From a virus (Duplodnaviria; Caudoviricetes), in the IMG/VR virus record IMGVR_UViG_3300029288_000065, positions 32,001 through 96,000 of that record: a DNA stretch of 64,000 nt. One strand, written 5' to 3'. Position 1 is the first letter of the stretch; every line of letters begins with the position of its first letter. Position numbers and translations under genes: made by a program. This document shows, in pieces, positions 28,244 to 36,196 of the stretch. The notes below the pieces were generated by a model that was given only the letters and a program-made list of their open reading frames with translations, was not told the DNA's origin and made no database searches.

Positions 28244-28630
28244 CTATGCGAAGAGATCTCCGTCTTCAATATCTATGTTTATATCTCTATCTCTACAGTA
28301 CAAACTATATAATTTGTCTACGATGAATTCAGGATCGAAACTCTTTGGATTTCCATATTCATATTCCCAGACGATGTTATTGTTTATCAGAGTCCCATCT
28401 TCGTCTTTATCTTCATCTTCTATTGAGGGTTTTGTGTCTCCAGAATCATATTCTATGACAAATTTCCCATCGTCGTCATATATATCACATATTTTTCCGA
28501 CTGTTTCACTTTCGACGTTTAACATGTCACTTCCAGGAATATTTAGGTCGGTGTAGAATAATTCGACGCCCCATTTTTCGGAAATTCTTTTTTGTATTGC
28601 TTCTAATATTTCTGGTGCTATTCTGCTCAT
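28244..28630 (-). CDS. Hypothetical acidic protein, DP-motif family
   Basis: WEYEYGNPKSFDPEFIVDKL. Confidence 0.55.
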   Translation of the reverse strand: MSRIAPEILEAIQKRISEKWGVELFYTDLNIPGSDMLNVESETVGKICDIYDDDGKFVIEYDSGDTKPSIEDEDKDEDGTLINNNIVWEYEYGNPKSFDPEFIVDKLYSLYCRDRDINIDIEDGDLFA

Positions 28631-28681
28631 GATTGAGTTTTATCTCGTTGAAAAAGAAGCAAAAATAATCAAGGAGAGCAT

Positions 28682-29581
28682 ATGCGACGAATCAAAAGAT
28701 TCACCAAGGCTCTGAAACTTGCTGGGAAATCTCTATTATGTTGCAAGAAAACTTCAACAGATCCTGTCATTGTTCCTAGCACTGGAGATACGAAAATGAG
28801 CGACAAGATCCTCCTGGTTGGAATAAATGCCTATCCAAGTTGTCCATTGGCTGGATGTGTGAACGACGTTACAGATATGGCTAATTTTTTGGTGACGAAA
28901 TGTGGTGTTTTGGAAGATAATATCCGTCTCTTGGTAGATGGTCGTGCCACTACTGGAAACATTCTGGATCGGTTGAATTGGTTGACTCAGGCAAGCCCTG
29001 GTGATCGTGTTCTTTTTCATTATTCTGGTCATGGTGCGCAGGTCCCAGCGAGAAATTCTTCCGGTGAGATTGACCAACTTTCTGAGTGTATTTGTCCAGT
29101 TGATTTTGATTGGTCTGAGCAGCGTATGATTATTGACAAGCAATTTGTTGAAATTTTTAAGAAAATTCCACCAGGTGTTAGATTCTCTTGGATTAGTGAT
29201 TCTTGTCATAGTGGGGATTTGGATCGTGGATTGACCAAGGGGAATTCCAAGGTTCTTGGAATTAGAAGATTCCCCATCCCTGCTGATATTGCTTGGAGGC
29301 AGAGGATTGCTAAGAAGAAAGCTTTGCGTGCTATGGTTGGTAATACGCTGGATGTTGGATATATTTCTGGTTGTATGGATAATCAGACATCGGCTGATGC
29401 TGAATTTGGTGGTAAGGCAAATGGTGCATTAACATATTTCTTACTGCGAAATTTGGGAAATATGTTACAATCGCCAATTTCTTCGGTTACAAATAAGGTT
29501 ATTTCTGATTTGCAGTCTTCTGGTTATGAGCAAACTCCTACGTGTTCTGGAGCGAGAAAAGATTTGGCTTTCTTATCCTAG
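28682..29581 (+). CDS. Metacaspase / caspase-family cysteine peptidase (C14)
   Basis: LLVGINAY..L.GCVND, FHYSGHG (catalytic His), ISDSCHSG (catalytic Cys), QTSADA, GALT; second in-frame SD+ATG at 28796. Confidence 0.92.
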   Translation: MRRIKRFTKALKLAGKSLLCCKKTSTDPVIVPSTGDTKMSDKILLVGINAYPSCPLAGCVNDVTDMANFLVTKCGVLEDNIRLLVDGRATTGNILDRLNWLTQASPGDRVLFHYSGHGAQVPARNSSGEIDQLSECICPVDFDWSEQRMIIDKQFVEIFKKIPPGVRFSWISDSCHSGDLDRGLTKGNSKVLGIRRFPIPADIAWRQRIAKKKALRAMVGNTLDVGYISGCMDNQTSADAEFGGKANGALTYFLLRNLGNMLQSPISSVTNKVISDLQSSGYEQTPTCSGARKDLAFLS

Positions 29582-29626
29582 TATTTTACTACTGAGACTC
29601 CCCTTGTCGTTTTGTCGGCAAGGTGT

Positions 29627-29655
29627 GAAGCCGCCGCAAGGCGGCTTCTGTTTTT
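29627..29655 (+). terminator. Intrinsic terminator with GCAA tetraloop
   Basis: GAAGCCGCC-gcaa-GGCGGCTTC-TGTTTTT. Confidence 0.8.
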
Positions 29656-29670
29656 CACGGAGATTTTGTC

Positions 29671-29883
29671 ATGACAACAACACAGCAATCAAATGCATAT
29701 ACTCTTCTTTTATCTCGTCATAAGAATAATCCTCTAATGACACATATGGAGAATATGTTAAAGTCTCTAAATGTAAATCCTCTTCAAGTTAAGGATTTTG
29801 ATGATTCATATGGAATTCATGTAGTATTCTTTAAAGATGGTAGGGAGTATAGTGTTGCTATTCAAGATAATGTTACAAAATAA
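29671..29883 (+). CDS. Hypothetical protein
   Basis: GGAG SD; 70 aa. Confidence 0.45.
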   Translation: MTTTQQSNAYTLLLSRHKNNPLMTHMENMLKSLNVNPLQVKDFDDSYGIHVVFFKDGREYSVAIQDNVTK

Positions 29884-30385
29884 TTTTTCTATGGCCAGCT
29901 CCTCCAAGTTTCTTTTCTATTTGTGTTTGCTGATCCTGTTGCTCTTTCGCTGCATTGGCCTGCTCTTGATCTTTTGTCGTTCTATGGAGCGGCTTATGTT
30001 GAACCCAAACACGGAATGTATCAACATCTCCACTCATTGTCATTTCCTCAACGAATTTGATAATCCCTCGTTTCCTGGCTTCTTCAAGTAGGAATATATA
30101 TTTTGAAAATGAAACGGAGGTTAGCCTCATGATGTTTCCGTATTGTTGGCCTCTTTTGATTGCCATTTCAGTAGCCATTCGTTCAAGATATTTAATAGCA
30201 TGTACTAAATGTATGTCACTCATTTCGGAGATTGGAATTGTTTCCCCATCTTGAGTTCTCCATATTGGCATTGGTACCTGTTTATAGCTCATTTTTTTAT
30301 AATCGTGATAATGATATGTTTCTTCAATATAGTTAAAGAAATTTTTTTCATAGTCTTCATCTTCATATTTATATTCATATGCCAT
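29873..30385 (-). CDS. Hypothetical protein (WxTxDGxxIPIxEMxDxHL type)
   Basis: GGAGG SD before ATG 30385; GTATTT on the - strand at 30431-30436. Confidence 0.6.
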   Translation of the reverse strand: MAYEYKYEDEDYEKNFFNYIEETYHYHDYKKMSYKQVPMPIWRTQDGETIPISEMSDIHLVHAIKYLERMATEMAIKRGQQYGNIMRLTSVSFSKYIFLLEEARKRGIIKFVEEMTMSGDVDTFRVWVQHKPLHRTTKDQEQANAAKEQQDQQTQIEKKLGGAGHRKIIL

Positions 30386-30473
30386 TTCTGGTCCTCCGGC
30401 GCTTTTCGTATCGCCAAAAATAAATTTGTTAAATACCGTAGTGTGGGATAAAAAAGGCGTAAGGAGAAACAAC

Positions 30474-31151
30474 ATGAACATTAAACTCTGTAAGGCAGCA
30501 GAGAAGATCCTGGAATTAACACCAGTTTTTGAAAAGAGTAATTTCACTTGGTGGCCAGAACATAAACTGGCCGACACTGAAGAAATAAAGAGAATCCTAA
30601 AACAAGGGAAATTTGACGATCGTGATCTTGAAACATATACTCTTCATAGGATGGCAAAATATATGATAGAAACCAAGCGAGAACATGCCTATATTCACAG
30701 TGAAAGAGAACTACCATCACCTGAAGATGACAAACTATATGATAATGATATTGAAAACTTGTCGACATATCAGAAACCAAGAACACTTCGGATAAATACA
30801 GGGTCTTGGGAAAATCTCCAAGAGGGGTGGACGACTTTAACTGCAGATTTTGAAGATGTTTTCAAATCAACAGCTGATTATTTCTTCCATGGATATAAGA
30901 ACGAAGCTGGTGATGATTTTGCTGCACATATTTGTGTTAGGTGGGCTGGTGGATTGCGCGAGGTGTTGGCATCCAATGGTCCGAAGCCACCTTCATTAAG
31001 GTGGGTCCATCAAGGTTTTCCTGATCTTTTTGTTTGTTTAAATTATGATGACATTGTGAGGTTATATAAGGATTTTGTGGTTTCATGTGATCCTTCATAT
31101 TGGGTAGATAAGGGTGTGGCGTTGAACTTTGGGGAGAGAATTCCGGAATGA
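30474..31151 (+). CDS. Hypothetical protein
   Basis: AAGGAG SD before ATG 30474. Confidence 0.6.
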   Translation: MNIKLCKAAEKILELTPVFEKSNFTWWPEHKLADTEEIKRILKQGKFDDRDLETYTLHRMAKYMIETKREHAYIHSERELPSPEDDKLYDNDIENLSTYQKPRTLRINTGSWENLQEGWTTLTADFEDVFKSTADYFFHGYKNEAGDDFAAHICVRWAGGLREVLASNGPKPPSLRWVHQGFPDLFVCLNYDDIVRLYKDFVVSCDPSYWVDKGVALNFGERIPE

Positions 31152-31414
31152 ACTTGACTACTGCTGGTTCTGCTTTTTCTAATACTTCCTATATTGTTTA
31201 TAATAGTGGAGGAGGTGGTGGAGGTAGTTATGGTACTTGTTATGTGTGTGGTGACACATATGGTGACACATATGGAGAAGAGAGTGATGTTCATCTTTCT
31301 AATAAGAGATATCAAGAATTACTTGCTGCAGAGATGAAACTAAAGAGAATACTCGCAGAACAGAAGAGGATTGAAGAGCAGACTCTTGTTAGCCGAAGGC
31401 GGATCGAGATTTAA
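31148..31414 (+). CDS. Hypothetical protein
   Basis: ATGA-coupled; Gly tract; 12-bp duplication (GDTY x2) at 31250-31273. Confidence 0.45.
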   Translation: MNLTTAGSAFSNTSYIVYNSGGGGGGSYGTCYVCGDTYGDTYGEESDVHLSNKRYQELLAAEMKLKRILAEQKRIEEQTLVSRRRIEI

Positions 31415-32354
31415 TTTTTTCGTTAAATGCATAATTATATGAATTTTGCATAATCTTCTTTAATTCTTCATTTGTAAATCCAAAACTCTTTTTTGCTAAT
31501 TCATATTCTTTTACCAAATTAGTATTCAATATTATTGGATCGTCAGTGCCAATAGTTATTGGTATTCCGAAATCAAAGAATTTTCTTATTGGATGCTGTT
31601 TGATATTTTTAACGACCCCGGTATAGAGGTTTGATGTCAATGCTATATCTAATGGTATTCCTCTTTCTTTTACTAAGTTCATAATATCTTTGTTGTTTAT
31701 TATTTGGATACCATGAGCAATACGTTGAACTCCGAGATATTCTACTGCCAGGAGTACATTTTCAGCTGGACACGACTCACCAACGTGTGCCTGTATTCCT
31801 TTCCCTGCTTCTTTCCATAATTTGAAGATTGATTTGTAGAACTTGGGAGCAAAGTAAGCTTCATCTCCAACAAGATCTATTGCTGTTACTGCATCCCTTG
31901 CTTTATTGTCTAGAATTACTTTTGCTATTCTTTTCTGCAATTTGTGGGCCGATTCGTACTTCAGGCATAATGATATTCCTACTTGAACATCCCAACGTTG
32001 TCCTTCTTCTTGGAGGATATAATTTATATGTCTAATTATATCCTCTGGAGACCATTCTGTGTCTTTGATGTATCTCCCAATGGATAATTTAAGTTCACAA
32101 TATTTTATTCCTTCTTTTTTGAGATCCCATACTATTTGTCGGATAGTATAATCTATACTCCATGGATCCCATTTGATTTTATCTAGAATATTAAATTTAT
32201 TTAAGAAACCGTGGAATGTTTTTTTCTCATTTCTCTTAAAAAGGAGTTGTTTTTCTATTTCTTGGATTGACAAATCTCCGCCATGATGTTTTATGATGTT
32301 GTGGAGTGTTTTGGCGGATATAGATCCACCACAGTGTCGATGTAGATCAATCAT
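31389..32354 (-). CDS. add: Adenosine/adenine deaminase (amidohydrolase fold)
   Basis: DLHRH metal motif, DLVGDE, AHVGE, RIAHG, LTSN, GTDDP. Confidence 0.88.
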   Translation of the reverse strand: MIDLHRHCGGSISAKTLHNIIKHHGGDLSIQEIEKQLLFKRNEKKTFHGFLNKFNILDKIKWDPWSIDYTIRQIVWDLKKEGIKYCELKLSIGRYIKDTEWSPEDIIRHINYILQEEGQRWDVQVGISLCLKYESAHKLQKRIAKVILDNKARDAVTAIDLVGDEAYFAPKFYKSIFKLWKEAGKGIQAHVGESCPAENVLLAVEYLGVQRIAHGIQIINNKDIMNLVKERGIPLDIALTSNLYTGVVKNIKQHPIRKFFDFGIPITIGTDDPIILNTNLVKEYELAKKSFGFTNEELKKIMQNSYNYAFNEKIKSRSAFG

Positions 32355-32371
32355 ATTTTTAAAATACTGGA

Positions 32372-32653
32372 TTACGCGCTACCACTACCAGTAGAGGTTG
32401 GTGGGTATGTTACTTCTACGCGTCGATCAAGTTTTTCATAAGAAATCATTTTCTTATTTGACAAACTTCTAAGTGTAGTCTGATCAAAACGATTTTCTTC
32501 AGCTTCTAACATAGCTTTTGGACGTACTTCGGTCATACCATATCCAGTAAAAATGAGACTACCAACTTGTCTTTGGACGTTTATCTTAATTGTCTGATTA
32601 CCTATATTGGTAAGAGAAATGGTTTTAATGATGGTGTATGGGGCAGTTGCCAT
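32372..32653 (-). CDS. Hypothetical protein, probable virion component
   Basis: AGGAG SD and CAAAAATA on the - strand; ends TSTGSGSA. Confidence 0.55.
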   Translation of the reverse strand: MATAPYTIIKTISLTNIGNQTIKINVQRQVGSLIFTGYGMTEVRPKAMLEAEENRFDQTTLRSLSNKKMISYEKLDRRVEVTYPPTSTGSGSA

Positions 32654-32674
32654 GTTTTTTCTCCTAATCCAATT

Positions 32675-32697
32675 TATTTTTGACTTAATCAAAAATA
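32675..32697. promoter_or_regulatory. Back-to-back divergent CAAAAATA (late-type) promoter-like motifs
   Basis: TATTTTTG-acttaat-CAAAAATA between divergent ORFs starting at 32653 and 32724. Confidence 0.55.
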
Positions 32698-32723
32698 TTG
32701 TAAATAGGAATGGGAGATAATCT

Positions 32724-33764
32724 ATGAGGTTGTCCAAAATACATGGAAGAGTCAACGTTGTTTTAGAAATGCGTGCTGATGAACTTACACCAAATCAAGC
32801 ATTCCATATGATGGTTTCTTTATTGACTGGAATGGGTATTCCTCCACAGGTTGTGGGAGATGTAGCCCAGAAATTTGAACAACTCAGGAATGAATTTGCT
32901 AGAAATCCATCAAAGGGCGCTCAATTAACAGGTGAAATCCCAAAGAGAAAATTATCAAGACATTCTTCAGGCATAGATTTCATGGACTTATTCACCCAAA
33001 CAATTTTTAGAGTACCACCAAGATCTCCTGCTTGGGCCAGTGCACTGCAGAAAGCATATGGATTACGAAAAATAATCGAAAGAGATTGGCCAAATGTTCA
33101 TATTCAGTGGGACCGAGGATATCCAAATGCTTTTGCAGATGCAATAGATCAATCGAATATTTGGGGACAACTTGCCAATCTCGGAGGAGAAAGTAGAGGC
33201 GCTCAGAGATCTTATCTCACAAAATATGGTCCCGAACTTCGAACACTCCTAAAGAAGAATGGACTCGAACCAATTGGTTTACGTGGTGGTGTTAGTGGCA
33301 CTTTGATGGCCATGCTGGAACTTGCTCAACTAATGTGGGTTGTTTATAAGAAGATTCGTGATGGTGAACCAATTACGGATTTACAGGAATTCTTTAAGTG
33401 GAAGTTGACAAAAGACGATGTCGAACATATCCAACAGGAAGCTTATCAGATGGAGGTTGAAGAACAACAGGAAGAACGTGCAGATGCATTGGCTGCTACT
33501 GAACCGCAAGAGCCAACTCCTGGACCAAAACCAGTTCCTGAACCAACTCCTGAACCAGTAACAGCCAAACAACAGATATTGAAGGCAGGAGAAAGTTCCG
33601 AACCGGGGAAAGTAGCAGTACAGTCAGAACCAGAAGAACCAAAACCAGAGCCAGAACCAGGTGAGAGTGAAGCAGAAAAGGCAGAGAAGGCCAAAAAAGG
33701 CTTGGAACTGGCCAGAAGTCTAAGTCAGTCTATTCAGAGGAAGCCTAAACCACCCGCTTCCTAA
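32724..33764 (+). CDS. Hypothetical protein with PEP-rich tail (internal head protein candidate)
   Basis: MRLSKIH...VVLE N-terminus; GGGAG SD; late-type motif upstream. Confidence 0.55.
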   Translation: MRLSKIHGRVNVVLEMRADELTPNQAFHMMVSLLTGMGIPPQVVGDVAQKFEQLRNEFARNPSKGAQLTGEIPKRKLSRHSSGIDFMDLFTQTIFRVPPRSPAWASALQKAYGLRKIIERDWPNVHIQWDRGYPNAFADAIDQSNIWGQLANLGGESRGAQRSYLTKYGPELRTLLKKNGLEPIGLRGGVSGTLMAMLELAQLMWVVYKKIRDGEPITDLQEFFKWKLTKDDVEHIQQEAYQMEVEEQQEERADALAATEPQEPTPGPKPVPEPTPEPVTAKQQILKAGESSEPGKVAVQSEPEEPKPEPEPGESEAEKAEKAKKGLELARSLSQSIQRKPKPPAS

Positions 33765-34284
33765 TTAAGTTGCCCAAATTCATTTTGGCCAGACCAAGTG
33801 GTTTATTTTTGTGTTTGTTAATTTTGTCTTCTGGGACACCTACTTCTTTCGCCCATGTAATAATTCCATTTAGATCAAGTGTTCCAATCTTTTTGGCGAA
33901 GTCATCCTTGAAGGTTTTCTTTACTATTTTGATTTCGCCGTCATTTTCAACGCTCATTGTTACCTCGTATCCTGCTGTCCCAAGGTGTAGTTCTTGCTTG
34001 ACTTTTTCATCATTGGTTTCGATGTGTGGTAATGGATCATTTCCATATATCTCTTTGTAGAACTTTTTTTGGAAAGCTCTTTTTACACCTCTGGCTAACA
34101 TTGGTCTGTTTCTTATTTGTGGCCAAAGTCCGTGAACCATGTGGAGGAATTTTAGGAGCCTTTCAGTACTCCATTTATCTATGTCTTTGGACATATGGGA
34201 CATGAGACTATATTTCCCGTCATTCTCTTTTATTTGGAATGAAGACTTGAATGATTCCCAAGTATCGTATTCTGGAAAAAGCAT
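33745..34284 (-). CDS. Hypothetical protein
   Basis: ATG 34284 lies 7 nt after GTATTT; C-terminal GLAKMNLGNLIR. Confidence 0.6.
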   Translation of the reverse strand: MLFPEYDTWESFKSSFQIKENDGKYSLMSHMSKDIDKWSTERLLKFLHMVHGLWPQIRNRPMLARGVKRAFQKKFYKEIYGNDPLPHIETNDEKVKQELHLGTAGYEVTMSVENDGEIKIVKKTFKDDFAKKIGTLDLNGIITWAKEVGVPEDKINKHKNKPLGLAKMNLGNLIRKRVV

Positions 34285-34291
34285 AAAATTT

Positions 34292-34307
34292 AAATACTGC
34301 AGTATTT
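34292..34307. promoter_or_regulatory. Palindromic pair of divergent GTATTT promoter-like motifs
   Basis: AAATAC-TGCA-GTATTT between divergent genes (34284 - and dUTPase +). Confidence 0.55.
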
Positions 34308-34326
34308 TAAACGAAAAGGAGATTCC

Positions 34327-34965
34327 ATGATTACGCAAAACATTGATAGTACTGGAAAGTCATATGAGTATGAAAGCCATGGAAATTTATACGTACGACG
34401 TGAGCCAGATCAGTCATTTATTCCACGTTTCGCCAAACCGGGAGATGTTGGTTTGGATCTCCCAGTTAAGATAAATGTTGATTTAATCAAATTCGATACG
34501 GAATCTGGGTCTGTAAAACCTGACAAGTTAAGATCTGTCATGTTATATCCGGAGTTGAAACAATATATTTATCCAAATGGTATAAACAATGATGGTTTTC
34601 CCTGTCTTGATATTCCTGCTTTTGGGTGGGCCGAGATACCTTCTGCTTTGTCCGTGAAGCTTCCAGATGATGCTTGGGGTTTGATAAAGACTAGATCTTG
34701 TACTGCTTGGAAGCAACACTTAATGGTTAGCTGTTCGACGATAGATCCTGGATACATAGGCTTATTGGGTACTCTGGTGTATAATCCAAATCACACACCT
34801 GTTAGAGTGTATGAATATAATCCAGAAACTGGGAAGGGTGATCGTCTTTCTCAGCTTATTTTGATTCCGATTTATCCTTTACATAAAATTGTTTTGGTTG
34901 ATTACCTTCCAAAGACTGATCGTGGGACCACTGGGTTTGGTAGTTCAGGTTGTAGTCACGAGTGA
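34327..34965 (+). CDS. dut: Trimeric dUTPase with an insertion after motif I
   Basis: GDVGLDL, KTRS, TIDPGYIG, GDRLSQL, RGTTGFGSSG. Confidence 0.88.
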   Translation: MITQNIDSTGKSYEYESHGNLYVRREPDQSFIPRFAKPGDVGLDLPVKINVDLIKFDTESGSVKPDKLRSVMLYPELKQYIYPNGINNDGFPCLDIPAFGWAEIPSALSVKLPDDAWGLIKTRSCTAWKQHLMVSCSTIDPGYIGLLGTLVYNPNHTPVRVYEYNPETGKGDRLSQLILIPIYPLHKIVLVDYLPKTDRGTTGFGSSGCSHE

Positions 34966-35174
34966 TAGGAAAAGTGATGATCTTACCCACTTTTGAACAA
35001 GTTTTCCGTGGTGATAAATCTCAAGAAGAATGGGAAAATAATATTCGTGGAATAATCACCAGTTTACGACCATATATGATGGAGAAAGAAATATTTAAAT
35101 CAATTATGAATTCTGGTCGAGGATCTTTAAACCCAATAGAAGTTCGTCGTCTGTTGAACGAGAGGAAACCATGA
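34962..35174 (+). CDS. Hypothetical protein
   Basis: Coupled ORF; GRGSLNP motif. Confidence 0.4.
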   Translation: MIGKVMILPTFEQVFRGDKSQEEWENNIRGIITSLRPYMMEKEIFKSIMNSGRGSLNPIEVRRLLNERKP

Positions 35175-35464
35175 AACACGCAGTATTTTTCGTAACCATA
35201 ATTGAATTGGACGACGAATTATTCGTTGATGATATGTTTTTCGGTGGTATTGTTGAGGATAAAGACAAAGCAGATTTGCTGGCTCGTGATATTATCAATG
35301 ACAATGGTATTCAGGGTGCTATAGTACCAAAAGTATTGCCGTTGGTTGATAATTTATCAAAAGCGATGGAAATTGCCAATAAATATTTTGTTCGTATGAG
35401 AAATGAGATTTATGATACAGAGACTCGCAGGAAGTCCAAGGATTTATCTAAGAAACAAGCTTGA
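35171..35464 (+). CDS. Hypothetical protein
   Basis: GAGG SD; coupled. Confidence 0.5.
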   Translation: MKHAVFFVTIIELDDELFVDDMFFGGIVEDKDKADLLARDIINDNGIQGAIVPKVLPLVDNLSKAMEIANKYFVRMRNEIYDTETRRKSKDLSKKQA

Positions 35465-35476
35465 TAGGAATAATCT

Positions 35477-36079
35477 ATGTGGTACATCTTGAAAGGCAGG
35501 AAATACTTTAAATCTACTGATCTTCGCAAGTGTGATGATCACTTGAAAGATAGACATTCCAGAAGAATAGCGTCTGACTTTATCCCGGATGAAAAACGTA
35601 AAGAGATGACAATTTCGACTGTGTTTCTGAGTTTGGATCATAATATGGGTGGTAGTGGTGGTGGTCCTGTATTGTTTGAAACAATGTGTTTTGGTGGGAA
35701 AATAGATGAGAATACGAATAGATATTCGTCATGGGATGATGCTTTCTTGGGTCATATTAGGATGACTGAACAGGCATTGTTTGAATATTTGAAAATTGAT
35801 GGACAATTTAAGCCAATGGATTTGAAAGCTTTGGTTTACACAGGGAAAATTAAATTTTTTGATGAGACTGACGATACAATCACTGATTGCAGACTTATTG
35901 TTGATGATGGGATTCATCAGCCTTCTACTACTTTTGGTGTGTTTAATAATATTTTCTATAAGAGGATGTTGTGGTCTGAAAAGGAAAAATCTTATAAGAT
36001 TTTCTTTTGGGAAATTGGAGATCCAAAGTGCGATATCTTAAAAGAAGTAAGTCCTTATTCAATGTACTTTAAAAAGTAG
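35477..36079 (+). CDS. Hypothetical protein (STVFLSLDH...PVLFETMCFGG domain) with C-terminal DP motif
   Basis: ISTVFLSLDHN, RYSSWDDAFLGH; FWEIGDPKCDIL. Confidence 0.6.
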   Translation: MWYILKGRKYFKSTDLRKCDDHLKDRHSRRIASDFIPDEKRKEMTISTVFLSLDHNMGGSGGGPVLFETMCFGGKIDENTNRYSSWDDAFLGHIRMTEQALFEYLKIDGQFKPMDLKALVYTGKIKFFDETDDTITDCRLIVDDGIHQPSTTFGVFNNIFYKRMLWSEKEKSYKIFFWEIGDPKCDILKEVSPYSMYFKK

Positions 36080-36196
36080 ATTTCCTACTCGTTTGTTATA
36101 TCTCCTTAATAGTCGATAATTGGTAGTATCTTCCTGAATATTTCTACGAAGATTTGCAATAGTGATGACTCAAAGATATATTCAAAGGAGATCAAA

